Below, piece after piece: positions 18,920 through 30,485 of a stretch of DNA of 64,000 nucleotides. The DNA lies in NCBI GenBank assembly GCA_944381085.1, contig CALWJX010000005.1, forward strand, positions 24,289-88,288, written 5' to 3'. A model generated the notes under the pieces. It made no database searches. It was not told the DNA's origin and worked only from the letters and a program-made list of their open reading frames with translations. Origin of the DNA: an uncultured Clostridia bacterium. GTDB taxonomy: Bacteria > Bacillota > Clostridia > Oscillospirales > CAG-272. Numbering within the stretch: the first letter of the stretch is position 1; the number at the start of each line of letters is the position of its first letter. Position numbers and translations under genes: made by a program.

Positions 18920-19705
18920 ATGAATAATTCCGACAATAACCGGACGCCTCTGATATCGGTCAGAAATCTGAACAAAAACTTCGGAGAACATCAGGTACTA
19001 AAGGACATATCGGTTGATATATATTCCGGAGAGAAGGTAGTAATCATAGGACCTTCGGGCGGAGGAAAAAGTACGTTTCTGCGCTGTCTCAACTGTCTTG
19101 AAGACACTACATCGGGATCTGTGATTTTTGAAAACGCCGATCTTGCTGACAGGAAAGTGGATATCAATATTCACCGTCAGAATATGGGGATGGTTTTTCA
19201 GCAGTTCAATCTGTTCAATAACCTGACGGTTCTTCAGAATATTACTCTGGCGCCCGACCGGATATTCGGCAAACGCGCGAAAAAAGACGGAAAATCCAAA
19301 GAGACGGTTAAAACGGAAAATAACGCGCGGGCTATGGCTTTGTTAAAAAGAATAGGACTTGAGGAAAAGGCGAATGTATATCCCTCGACTTTGTCCGGAG
19401 GACAGAAGCAGAGAATAGCCATAGTGAGGGCGCTTGCGATGAATCCGAAAGTCATGCTTTTCGACGAGCCGACCTCGGCGCTTGATCCGGAGATGGTCGG
19501 CGAGGTTCTCGACGTAATGAAGCAGCTCGCAAGAGACGGTATGACAATGATATGCGTGACGCATGAAATGGGATTCGCGCGCGAGGTGGCTGACAGAATT
19601 CTCTTTATCTGCGACGGGACGATTGCCGAGGACGGAACGCCCGAGCAGATTTTCGGCGATCCGCACCATCCCAGACTCAGGCAGTTTCTGCAGAGCATAC
19701 TTTAA
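18920..19705 (+). CDS. amino-acid ABC transporter ATP-binding protein
   Basis: Walker [10 protein letters not shown], signature LSGGQKQR, Walker [12 protein letters not shown]. Confidence 0.9.
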   Translation: MNNSDNNRTPLISVRNLNKNFGEHQVLKDISVDIYSGEKVVIIGPSGGGKSTFLRCLNCLEDTTSGSVIFENADLADRKVDINIHRQNMGMVFQQFNLFNNLTVLQNITLAPDRIFGKRAKKDGKSKETVKTENNARAMALLKRIGLEEKANVYPSTLSGGQKQRIAIVRALAMNPKVMLFDEPTSALDPEMVGEVLDVMKQLARDGMTMICVTHEMGFAREVADRILFICDGTIAEDGTPEQIFGDPHHPRLRQFLQSIL

Positions 19706-19729
19706 GTTTACCTATATTTTAATTTGTAT

Positions 19730-19780
19730 ATCAGACGTGCCTGTGATGCGGATTTAGCATTAAGGCGCGTCTGATTTTTA
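19730..19780 (+). terminator. intrinsic terminator candidate after the ABC operon
   Basis: ATCAGACGTGCC ... GGCGCGTCTGAT stem followed by TTTTT. Confidence 0.6.
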
Positions 19781-19926
19781 ATATGTGTACAAACCTTAAC
19801 TTTTTGTTAAAATCTGTATGTGCCAGTTGACTTTTATAATTACGGATGCTATAATTATTAATTGAAATACTGCTTTGTCTTTAACTGAAAATTCAGTGTA
19901 TAAATACCGGAAAAGGTAAAGGATAT

Positions 19927-21216
19927 ATGTTCGCGGTTGATAAAAACAAACAAAAAATTTTTCTGAAAAAGGTAATGCTGATTTTGTCCGCATTGCTCTT
20001 GTTGCTCACAGTCCTTGTTATAATATTCAGTTTAAATATCAGGAGAATAAGTATAGAGGCCGGAGAATCGATAAGTGCGGAGGATATAGTCGGCAAAGAG
20101 GGCGCCGTGTTTGACGACGATTATGACGCGGACTTTGTAAATCATCCCGGAGTGTACAATTTCGGTATATTGGCAAACGATAAAAGGTATAAGGTCAGAC
20201 TTAAGGTAAAAGATACAAAGGCTCCGGAGGTTACGGTAAAAAATGTGTATTTTGCGGTGGGTTCTACTTTGCCTGACCCGCTTGAATTTATAGATACCGT
20301 ATATGAGCCGGACGAGCTTTTCGGCGAATATGTCAGCGGAAACACCGGTCTTGTATATAGTCTCGGGCAGACGTATGACGCCCGCGTCAGATATTATGAC
20401 GCCAGTGGGAATACCACCGATACGTTCGACGTGAAAATGACGCTTATAAACGATTCAGAGCCTCCGGTTATACAAGGCGCTTCAGACATTGTCGCATACG
20501 TGGGAGAGGCTGTTTCATATAAAAACAATATTACGCTGTATGACAACTGTACGGGGCGGCTGACGCTGAGAGTAGATGACAGCGCTGTAAATACAAGCGT
20601 TGCCGGCACTTATAAGGTGACTTACTATGCTACCGACGCGGTCGGGAATACTTCAAGTGTTGAAGTAAATGTTCATGTGTATAAGAACGAGATAACTCTT
20701 GAGATGCTCAACGCAAAACTGTCTGATATTGTTCCTAAGATTATCGACGATGGAATGACGAAGGAAGAACAGTGCAGAGCCGTTTACGATTACGTTCAGA
20801 CCAATATACAGTATGTCAATTATTCGGACAAAACCGACTGGATAAGAGCGGCGTATGACAGTCTTTTTGTGTCCGGATCGGGGGACTGCTATTCTTATTT
20901 TGCCGCCGCGAAAGCATTCCTTGAGTACCTTGGAATTGAAAATATGGATATTCAGCGCCTGCCGGGGTATACTACGGATACTCATTATTGGAGTCTTGTA
21001 AATATAGGGACCGAAGGAAATCCGAGGTGGTATCATTTTGACTGCACAAGACTCCGCGCCGAATACAACCACAGCGGATGTCTGCTTACGGACAGTCAGG
21101 TTGACGCCTACAACAGGGTTCGTGCGAATTTTTACAAATACGACCGTTCTGAATATCCCGCGACAGATACGCGGATAATTACAGAGACTCCTTCGCTTGA
21201 CGATTATCTGGACTGA
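19927..21216 (+). CDS. membrane-anchored protein with Ig-like repeats and a C-terminal transglutaminase-like cysteine-protease domain
   Basis: N-terminal TM helix. The central part resembles bacterial Ig-like/DUF5011-type segments (KDTKAPEV.., DSEPPVI..). The C-terminus has a Cys/His/Asp arrangement (GSGDCYSYF .. HYWSLV .. WYHFDCT). Confidence 0.6.
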   Translation: MFAVDKNKQKIFLKKVMLILSALLLLLTVLVIIFSLNIRRISIEAGESISAEDIVGKEGAVFDDDYDADFVNHPGVYNFGILANDKRYKVRLKVKDTKAPEVTVKNVYFAVGSTLPDPLEFIDTVYEPDELFGEYVSGNTGLVYSLGQTYDARVRYYDASGNTTDTFDVKMTLINDSEPPVIQGASDIVAYVGEAVSYKNNITLYDNCTGRLTLRVDDSAVNTSVAGTYKVTYYATDAVGNTSSVEVNVHVYKNEITLEMLNAKLSDIVPKIIDDGMTKEEQCRAVYDYVQTNIQYVNYSDKTDWIRAAYDSLFVSGSGDCYSYFAAAKAFLEYLGIENMDIQRLPGYTTDTHYWSLVNIGTEGNPRWYHFDCTRLRAEYNHSGCLLTDSQVDAYNRVRANFYKYDRSEYPATDTRIITETPSLDDYLD

Positions 21217-21234
21217 AATTCAGAGGGTGAATTT

Positions 21235-22755
21235 ATGTATCTTACAAATATACTTGAATACCTGGAAAAAACCGCACGGGAGCTCCCGGATAAAACCGCC
21301 TTTTCGGACGGGGATGAATTCAAGAGTTTTAATGTGCTTTTGAATGAGTCAAAATCCATAGGCACATTTCTTGCTTCAGAGGGTTATTATAAAGAGCCCG
21401 TGGTGATATTTATGAATAAACACCCTGATTGTTTGTCCGCGTTTTTCGGTGTTATCTATTCGGGATGTTTTTATGTGGCTATAGATTCCGAAATGCCTCA
21501 GAAGAGGATAGAGCTTATATTTGAAAAGCTGTCTCCCGGGGCGGTCATATACGATTCAAAAAACGCCGATAGGGTAAATCTTCTGTCCGGAAATTTTCAT
21601 AAATATCTTTTTGACGATATCCGCGAAAGCGTAAGCGATGATAAATTGCTGGGTGAAATAAGAAAAAAGCAGATAGACACCGATCCGATATATATTGTTT
21701 TCACCTCCGGCTCAACCGGAGTGCCGAAAGGGGTGGCGGCGTGTCACCGTTCGGTTATCGATTACACCGAGACGTTGTGTGAAGCCGTGGGGTTTGACCG
21801 GGAAACAGTGTTCGGAAATCAGACGCCGCTTTATTTCGACGCTCCGCTCAAGGAGATAATGCCCACGATAAAACTCGGCGCCACGACATTTTTTATTCCC
21901 AAACAGCTCTTTATGTTTCCGATAAAACTCTGCGATTATCTCAATAAATACAGGATAAACACCGTCTGCTGGGTGGTGTCGGCGCTGACAATGATATCAT
22001 CATTAGGCGCGCTTGAGAAAAATCCGCCGGTTTATCTCAGGCTTATATGCTTCGGAAGCGAGGTGTTTCCGATAAAACAGTATGAGTTGTGGAGAAAGAC
22101 CTGCGTCAATGCCAGATTTTTTAATCTTTACGGCCCTACCGAGGCTACCGGGATGTCCTGCTATTGGGAGGCTTGTCGTGAACTTGAGCCCGGAGAGCCG
22201 ATTCCTATAGGAAAACCGTTCAGAAATACCGAAATTATGCTGCTTGACGAAAACGGCAGGGAGGCGGAGCCGGGCGGTGAAGGTGAGATATGTATTAGAG
22301 GGACATGCGTCACTCTGGGGTATTATAACGATTCCGAGAAAACTTCCGAGGTATTTGTACAGAATCCTTTAAACAGGGCGTACTCAGAGTTGATTTACAG
22401 AACCGGGGATATAGGGAAAATCAATAAGCACGGCGAGCTTGTATTTGTCTCTCGAAAAGACTCACAGATAAAGCATATGGGGCACCGTATAGAGCTTGGA
22501 GAGATAGAGTCCTCTATACTTACCTGTGAGGGAGTAAGGCAGGCGTGCTGTGTGTATGACGCGGAGAAGAAAAGGATAATTTCTTTTTACACCGGAAATT
22601 TGACGCCCGAGGTCCTTACAAAATATCTGAGGGATTTTCTGCCGAGATATATGCTGCCCGCAAAGTGCGTAAATCTCGAAATTCTGCCGCTTACCGCGAA
22701 CGGCAAGCTTGACCGCAGAAAAATGAGCGAGGACGCGCGGAACATTGAGGTTTAA
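21235..22755 (+). CDS. DltA-like amino-acid adenylation enzyme (carrier-protein ligase)
   Basis: Adenylation core motifs FTSGSTGVPKG, YRTGD and ANGKLDR. 506 aa, as for D-alanine--D-alanyl carrier protein ligases. Confidence 0.8.
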   Translation: MYLTNILEYLEKTARELPDKTAFSDGDEFKSFNVLLNESKSIGTFLASEGYYKEPVVIFMNKHPDCLSAFFGVIYSGCFYVAIDSEMPQKRIELIFEKLSPGAVIYDSKNADRVNLLSGNFHKYLFDDIRESVSDDKLLGEIRKKQIDTDPIYIVFTSGSTGVPKGVAACHRSVIDYTETLCEAVGFDRETVFGNQTPLYFDAPLKEIMPTIKLGATTFFIPKQLFMFPIKLCDYLNKYRINTVCWVVSALTMISSLGALEKNPPVYLRLICFGSEVFPIKQYELWRKTCVNARFFNLYGPTEATGMSCYWEACRELEPGEPIPIGKPFRNTEIMLLDENGREAEPGGEGEICIRGTCVTLGYYNDSEKTSEVFVQNPLNRAYSELIYRTGDIGKINKHGELVFVSRKDSQIKHMGHRIELGEIESSILTCEGVRQACCVYDAEKKRIISFYTGNLTPEVLTKYLRDFLPRYMLPAKCVNLEILPLTANGKLDRRKMSEDARNIEV

Positions 22756-22796
22756 GCCTAAACAGTGAATAAAGTTAATGGAAATGAGGATGTAAA

Positions 22797-23024
22797 ATGG
22801 ATAAGCTGATTGAAATACTTAAGGAGATTCATCCCGATGTGGATTTTGAGACGGAAAACGCGCTTGTGGACGACGGTATACTTGACTCCCTTGATATTGT
22901 GACTTTGATAACCGAGATTAACGACAGGTTTGACGTGTCGATACCTGCCGAGGAGATCATACCGGAAAATTTCAATTCGGCGGCGGCTTTATATGATTTG
23001 ATAACACGGTTGGATGAAGACTGA
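22797..23024 (+). CDS. DltC-like acyl/aminoacyl carrier protein
   Basis: 75 aa with a phosphopantetheine-attachment-type motif (LDSLDIV). Confidence 0.8.
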   Translation: MDKLIEILKEIHPDVDFETENALVDDGILDSLDIVTLITEINDRFDVSIPAEEIIPENFNSAAALYDLITRLDED

Positions 23025-23029
23025 TTGAA

Positions 23030-24628
23030 ATGGCTTTTACATCTGTTGAATTTATATGCTTTCTCGCGGTCACCGTACTGCTTTATTACCTGATTCCGAA
23101 AAGAACGCAATGGCCGCTGCTTTTGCTCGCAAGCTATATTTTTTATTTTCTTGCGGGAGGGTGGTATCTTCCGTTTATTGCGACGACTACGGTTTCTTCG
23201 TATTTCGCGGCGGTCATTATGTTGCGTAGCTCGGAGAAAGAGAAGAACTACATAGAGTCAAACCGCGATAATATGAGCAAGGATGAGCGCAAAACATATA
23301 AGGCTGTTCAGAAAAAGAAGCGCTTCCGTATTCTTGTTGCGGCGTTGATTCTGAATTTCGGAATACTCGGCGTGTTGAAATATACGGGCTTTACGCTTTC
23401 CAATATTAATTCTTTGATAGGATTTTTCGGCGGACAGGATAAAATCAGCGTGCCTTCGCTTATATTGCCGCTCGGAATATCGTTTTATACTTTTCAGACG
23501 ATGGGTTATCTCATAGATGTATACAGAAATACGACGACCGCCGAGAAAAACATTTTCAGACTCGCGCTTTTTGTTTCTTTTTTTCCTCAGCTTGTACAGG
23601 GACCTATTTCCAGACACTCGGAACTTGCTTCTCAGCTTTACGAAAAGCACACGGCTTCATGGAGCGTTATAGCGCCGGGCGCGCTGAGAGTTTGCTGGGG
23701 TTATTTTAAAAAACTTGTAATCGCCGATACTTTAATGGTCGCGATTAAGGCGATAGTCGAGTCCCCCGCCGAGCATGAGGGAATGTATGTGGTTTATCTG
23801 ATAATCATGTATTCCGCAGAGATATATGCGGACTTTACCGGAGGCATTGACATAACAATAGGCGTCGCGCAGATGCTCGGAATCAGAGTGACCGAAAACT
23901 TCAACCGCCCGTTCTGCTCAAAATCCACGAAGGAGTATTGGAGAAGATGGCATATAACCATGGGCAGTTGGTTTTCCGATTATGTTTTTTATCCGGTATC
24001 GATCTGCAAACCCATGCAGAAGCTTTCAAAATTCAGCAGGGCAAAATTGGGCGCCGCGGTCGGAAAGAGAATTCCGGTGTATCTTGCCACAATCCTCACG
24101 TGGTTTTTGACCGGACTGTGGCACGGAGCGGGTTGGAATTTTATAGTATGGGGACTGCTCAATTGTCTGATTATACTTGTTTCCCAGGAGTTACAGCCGC
24201 TTTACGACAGGTTTAACAATAAACATAAAGCTCTTGCGGACAGCAGAGGATGGGAGGTATTCTGCCAGGTCAGGACGTTTTTGCTGATGGGTATTATAAG
24301 AATACTTGACTGCTACAGGGATGTGCCGCTTACCTTTAAAATGTTCGGTACGGTATTTTACAGTTTTTCCTCATGGCGGGATTTGTTTAACGGAAGCTTG
24401 TCTGACCTTGGCGTTTCGCTTTCGCAGTACGCCGTTGTGATTGTCGCGATAATCATCGTGTGGGCAGTAAGCAGAAAAACCGAGGAGGGAGCGCTGTTCG
24501 GGGAAAAATTGTGCTCCAGACCGCTTCTGTTTTCGTTCTGCGCCGCCGGGCTTATTGCGGCAACACTGATTTTCGGCTCTTACGGAATCGGTTACGACGC
24601 GTCTCAGTTCATTTACTCACAGTTCTGA
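23030..24628 (+). CDS. MBOAT-family membrane O-acyltransferase (DltB/AlgI-like)
   Basis: Multi-pass membrane protein with MBOAT signatures (YWRRWHITMGSWFSDY, GLWHGAGWNF). Confidence 0.85.
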   Translation: MAFTSVEFICFLAVTVLLYYLIPKRTQWPLLLLASYIFYFLAGGWYLPFIATTTVSSYFAAVIMLRSSEKEKNYIESNRDNMSKDERKTYKAVQKKKRFRILVAALILNFGILGVLKYTGFTLSNINSLIGFFGGQDKISVPSLILPLGISFYTFQTMGYLIDVYRNTTTAEKNIFRLALFVSFFPQLVQGPISRHSELASQLYEKHTASWSVIAPGALRVCWGYFKKLVIADTLMVAIKAIVESPAEHEGMYVVYLIIMYSAEIYADFTGGIDITIGVAQMLGIRVTENFNRPFCSKSTKEYWRRWHITMGSWFSDYVFYPVSICKPMQKLSKFSRAKLGAAVGKRIPVYLATILTWFLTGLWHGAGWNFIVWGLLNCLIILVSQELQPLYDRFNNKHKALADSRGWEVFCQVRTFLLMGIIRILDCYRDVPLTFKMFGTVFYSFSSWRDLFNGSLSDLGVSLSQYAVVIVAIIIVWAVSRKTEEGALFGEKLCSRPLLFSFCAAGLIAATLIFGSYGIGYDASQFIYSQF

Positions 24629-24765
24629 ACGGCGCTTTTTCGTATATAACTCAAAGATATTCATCGCTTCAGGCGCCGCCGCTTGACTTTTGTCGGTGAG
24701 ATACAATCTCAAAATTTTGAATGTCGGTGTCCGGCCCCTGATTGAAACAAAACAGGAAATAAATT

Positions 24766-25806
24766 ATGGTAAAAAAGAGAATAATATCTGTAATCGCAGT
24801 CCTTTTGATATTGATACTCTTACTGTATCTGGCCACCCTGATCTTGATGCCTAAGTACATGAGCGTTTCAAAGGAGGGGGCGCTGATTTCCGAATATTAT
24901 ACCGAGGCGGATCTCGGCAATACCCATCAGGTGATTTTTGTAGGCGACTGCGAGGTTTATGAGTCGTTTGTACCTCCGGTGCTTTGGAATGAATACGGAA
25001 TAACCTCGTATATAAGGGGCAGCGCCCAGCAGCTTATCTGGCAGTCCTATTATCTGCTTGAGGAGACATTTGAGTACGAAAGCCCGGATGTGGTGGTATT
25101 CAATGTGCTTTCCGTGAAGTACGGAGAGCCTCAGAATGAAGCTTACAACCGCATGACGCTTGATAAAATGAGATGGTCGAAGATAAAAGCGGACGCGATA
25201 AAGGCTTCGATGACCGAGGAAGAAAATTTTGCGTCATATATCTTTCCTCTGCTTCGCTTTCACTCAAGGTGGAATGAGCTGGGCGCGGAGGACTTCAGAT
25301 ATATGTTCAAAAGAGACAAAGTATCCCACAACGGGTATCTCATGCAGACGTCTGTGGTTCCCAAGGAGAGCGACAGGGTAGGTGAGGAACTTATGGATTA
25401 TAGTTTGCCGGAGATAGGATTTGAGTATCTGGACAAAATGAAAAAACTGTGTGAGGAAAACGGAGCCGAGCTTGTATTGATAAAATCTCCCACGAATTCC
25501 TGGAAATTCTGGTGGTATGACGAATGGGACAGGCAGATTGAAGCTTATGCGGAAAAAAACGGCTTGGATTATTATAACTTTATAGACGAAGAAGGTGTAG
25601 GTCTTGATTGGTCACGCGACACATATGACGGCGGGATACATCTGAATGTGTACGGCGCGGAAAAGATGACTCTGTATTTCGGGAAAATTCTTTCTGAAGT
25701 TTACGGAGTGGAAGATTTGCGGACAGATGACGGCATAAGCGGCGTATGGGATAAAAAATACGATGATTATATTAAAGCAAAAGAGGGGAGTGCAGATAAA
25801 AAATGA
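24766..25806 (+). CDS. membrane-anchored SGNH-like accessory protein (DltD/AlgX-type role inferred)
   Basis: N-terminal TM helix. The block-I-like motif reads VIFVGDCEVYE (GDC rather than GDS). The C-terminal part has YDGGIHLN. The role is inferred from its position after the MBOAT gene. Confidence 0.5.
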   Translation: MVKKRIISVIAVLLILILLLYLATLILMPKYMSVSKEGALISEYYTEADLGNTHQVIFVGDCEVYESFVPPVLWNEYGITSYIRGSAQQLIWQSYYLLEETFEYESPDVVVFNVLSVKYGEPQNEAYNRMTLDKMRWSKIKADAIKASMTEEENFASYIFPLLRFHSRWNELGAEDFRYMFKRDKVSHNGYLMQTSVVPKESDRVGEELMDYSLPEIGFEYLDKMKKLCEENGAELVLIKSPTNSWKFWWYDEWDRQIEAYAEKNGLDYYNFIDEEGVGLDWSRDTYDGGIHLNVYGAEKMTLYFGKILSEVYGVEDLRTDDGISGVWDKKYDDYIKAKEGSADKK

Positions 25807-26288
25807 AGAGAATTATTGCTTTGATGCTTGTTTTGGCGTTTACGGCGGTTGTTTTACCGTCATGCGGTGATAAAAATGATACTTCAGACGCCGATTTCAG
25901 TTTTAAAAGCGGGGATGTGGTGATCACACCGAACAGTGACGCCGGACCGGTTATAGAAGCGCTCGGAGATTATGTTTCATATGACGAATCCGCTTCATGC
26001 GCTTTTGAGGGCTTGGATAAGGTGTATAAATACAACGGATTTGAAATTCTTACTTATCCGAAAGATTCCAAGGATTATATCTATACCGTGACGTTACTTA
26101 ACGACCTTGTTTCTACTCCCGAAGGCGTTTCGGTAGGAATGAGCCGTAATAAGGTAATTGAAGTTTACGGTGAAAACTATACATCTCAGGGAGAGGGCAT
26201 ATATTATTCTTCGGAAAATTCGCAATTGCAGTTTATTTTCCGCGACGGCAATGTTTCTTCGATTAAGTATCAGGCTGTGCTGAAGTAA
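25803..26288 (+). CDS. small lipoprotein, function unknown
   Basis: Signal peptide plus lipobox (VLPSCGD). The start overlaps the stop of the previous gene (ATGA), which suggests translational coupling. Confidence 0.5.
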   Translation: MKRIIALMLVLAFTAVVLPSCGDKNDTSDADFSFKSGDVVITPNSDAGPVIEALGDYVSYDESASCAFEGLDKVYKYNGFEILTYPKDSKDYIYTVTLLNDLVSTPEGVSVGMSRNKVIEVYGENYTSQGEGIYYSSENSQLQFIFRDGNVSSIKYQAVLK

Positions 26289-26337
26289 TAAAAAATCTAT
26301 TTGCTGATTTGCCGTACAGTATTTCGACATGATTTTA

Positions 26338-26362
26338 GGGAGCCTCGGCGCTCCCTTTTTTA
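26338..26362 (+). terminator. intrinsic terminator candidate after the dlt-like cluster
   Basis: GGGAGC..GCGCTCCC hairpin followed by TTTTTT. Confidence 0.6.
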
Positions 26363-26474
26363 TATTTTCCGAACAATAAATCCAATTGTGCTCAATATTT
26401 ATCGGACTGATAAATAAAATGCCGAAAAATTAGCACTGTTCACAAATAATTAACAAAAAAATTTGCAAAAGCCC

Positions 26475-26502
26475 TTGACAAAACCTGTAAAAGTGGTAAA
26501 AT
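26475..26502 (+). promoter_or_regulatory. sigma-70-type promoter candidate of the hrcA operon
   Basis: TTGACA (26475-26480), 16-nt spacer, TAAAAT (26497-26502). Confidence 0.6.
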
Positions 26503-26513
26503 ATTATCATAGA

Positions 26514-26540
26514 TTAGCACTTACTCTTTAAGAGTGCTAA
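26514..26540 (+). promoter_or_regulatory. CIRCE operator (HrcA binding site)
   Basis: TTAGCACTT-ACTCTTTAA-GAGTGCTAA matches the CIRCE consensus TTAGCACTC-N9-GAGTGCTAA. It sits just downstream of the promoter and upstream of hrcA. Confidence 0.9.
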
Positions 26541-26600
26541 TCTGAAGCGAATTTTACATTTTAACATAGCGTTTTAAAGAAGGAGGCATTTCACATTAGT

Positions 26601-27704
26601 ATGGCATCAAAATCCAACGGTGAATTAAGCGAAAGAAAAAAGCTTATACTTAAGGCGATTGTAGATGCACACATTGCCGACGGAGAACCTGTCGGGTCGA
26701 AATATCTTCTGCAAAACGAAAATTTTACCTGTTCGTCCGCTACGATAAGAAATGAAATGGCGGAACTTGAGCAAATGGGCTATCTTGAACAGCCTCATAC
26801 TTCCGCGGGAAGAGTGCCAAGTGAGCTTGGCTACAGATTTTATGTGGATTCGTTGATTGAGAGCTATTCAATGACGACCAATGAGATAGCCGAGATAAAT
26901 AAGTTGCTCAAATCAAAACTCAATCAGCTCGATCAGCTTTTGCTTGCGGCGTCAAAGCTTGCCGGAAAGCTTACCAATTATACAAGCTTTGCGCTGAAAC
27001 CCAGAGCGTCGTCGGTAAGCATAAAAAGATTCGACGTGATATATATAGACCCGCACAATATGCTTCTGGTGATGATAAGCACTAACGGGGGCATAGTGAC
27101 AAAACGGTTGACCTTTGAAGAACAGGTAAGCCAACTGACTGCAACCGATCTTTCAATGGCTTTTAATGATTATCTTACCGGTCTTACGGCGCATGAGATA
27201 ACGCTGCCCATAATTATCGAGCTTGAGAAAGCGGTCGGCGAGAGAGCAAACCTCATATCTCCGATAATAAAGATAATTTATGAGAGCATGAACGAGATAG
27301 ACGAGGGCGAGCTTAAGGTCAGCGGCATGGATAAACTCTTGCAGTATCCGGAGTACAGCGATAAAGAACAGCTTCGTGAACTGCTGAGCAGCCTTGAAAA
27401 CAAGGAAGATATTCTTGATCTTGTATCTACTCCGGAGGACGACGGCGTAAATGTCGTAATAGGCTCGGAAAGTTCTGTCAAGGTCATGAATAATTCGGCT
27501 ATTGTATACAAACCTATTATCAGGGACGGCAAGACGCTCGGCGCTATCGGTATTATCGGACCGAGGCGCATGGATTACGCGAAGGTGGTTGCTACAATTG
27601 AGGAATTGAGTGAAAATGTCGAAACAATATTGAACACAAACAATTTAATCAATGACAATACTGACAAAAATGAAAGCGGAGGAAAACCCGATGGCGGAGG
27701 ATAG
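26601..27704 (+). CDS. hrcA: heat-inducible transcription repressor HrcA
   Basis: N-terminal winged-helix region (LSERKKLILKAIVDAHIADGEPVGSK). First gene of hrcA-grpE-dnaK-dnaJ, with a CIRCE operator upstream. Confidence 0.9.
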   Translation: MASKSNGELSERKKLILKAIVDAHIADGEPVGSKYLLQNENFTCSSATIRNEMAELEQMGYLEQPHTSAGRVPSELGYRFYVDSLIESYSMTTNEIAEINKLLKSKLNQLDQLLLAASKLAGKLTNYTSFALKPRASSVSIKRFDVIYIDPHNMLLVMISTNGGIVTKRLTFEEQVSQLTATDLSMAFNDYLTGLTAHEITLPIIIELEKAVGERANLISPIIKIIYESMNEIDEGELKVSGMDKLLQYPEYSDKEQLRELLSSLENKEDILDLVSTPEDDGVNVVIGSESSVKVMNNSAIVYKPIIRDGKTLGAIGIIGPRRMDYAKVVATIEELSENVETILNTNNLINDNTDKNESGGKPDGGG

Positions 27705-28359
27705 AAACACAAATACGGAAGAGATAAAAAATCAGTCTGAGTCCGTAAAGGAAGACGATGAAAAAAGTATAAACGATACGGCGTCTAAAGACAATACGGC
27801 TTCTGCAGGCGATGCCGAAAAGGCAAAAGATGACGGCGTCGAAAATGATGCGGATGAGGGAAAAATCGGAAGAGCCGATAAAAAGAAAATAAAAAAACTG
27901 GAAACGGAAATAGCCGATAAGGATAAAAAGCTTGAATCCAAGGAAAAGGAAATCAAAAGCCTTAATGACAAATATCTGCGGATGATGGCCGAGTATGACA
28001 ATTTCAGAAAGCGGAGCGCCAAAGAAAAGGAAAGCGCCTACGCCGATGCGTATGCCGACGCGATAGCCACCGTTCTCCCGGTATTTGACAATCTTGAAAA
28101 AGCGTCGGAGTATTCCGATGCGGAAGCGGTAAAAAAAGGTGTGCAGATGACCCTGAAGGGAGTTCAGGATTCGTTTGAAAAACTCGGAATAGAAGCCTTC
28201 GGCAAAGCGGGAGAAAAGTTTGACCCCAACAGACATAACGCCGTGATGCATATTGATGACGAGTCGCTTGAGGAGGGAGTTATCGTCGAAGTTTTTCAGA
28301 AAGGTTTTGCAAAAGGTGATAAAGTGATAAGGTACGCCATGGTAAAGGTGGCAAACTGA
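27652..28359 (+). CDS. grpE: nucleotide exchange factor GrpE
   Basis: Conserved core YLRMMAEYDNFRKR and the C-terminal beta domain. The start is uncertain (ATGs at 27652, 27670 and 27691; the ORF overlaps the hrcA end). The N-terminus is long, acidic and low-complexity. Confidence 0.85.
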   Translation: MTILTKMKAEENPMAEDRNTNTEEIKNQSESVKEDDEKSINDTASKDNTASAGDAEKAKDDGVENDADEGKIGRADKKKIKKLETEIADKDKKLESKEKEIKSLNDKYLRMMAEYDNFRKRSAKEKESAYADAYADAIATVLPVFDNLEKASEYSDAEAVKKGVQMTLKGVQDSFEKLGIEAFGKAGEKFDPNRHNAVMHIDDESLEEGVIVEVFQKGFAKGDKVIRYAMVKVAN

Positions 28360-28395
28360 TAAATAACTTCAAAATATAATATAAATAAAGCGTAA

Positions 28396-30312
<1,917 letters not shown>

Positions 30313-30485
30313 TATAATACCATAAATCGGTATTGCGGCGGGCTGTCGCTTGTAACCGACACCCGGCAGATTTTGTTTGGGGCTTGTCGCGCAAAAAGCG
30401 GCAGCCCCATTACGGATTTTTATACATTTGAGTGACGGCTGTTTATACCGTATAAAACAGTCGTCGGAAAGAGGATTGGTCATAT

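Noticed and set aside
30390-30440. GGGGCTTGTCGCG...GCGGCAGCCCC between dnaK and dnaJ as another copy of the dispersed repeat (it shares GGGGCTTG with the repeat 3' box).
   Set aside because: Similarity is limited to about 8 nt. The sequence is adequately explained as a partial terminator or attenuator hairpin commonly found between dnaK and dnaJ.
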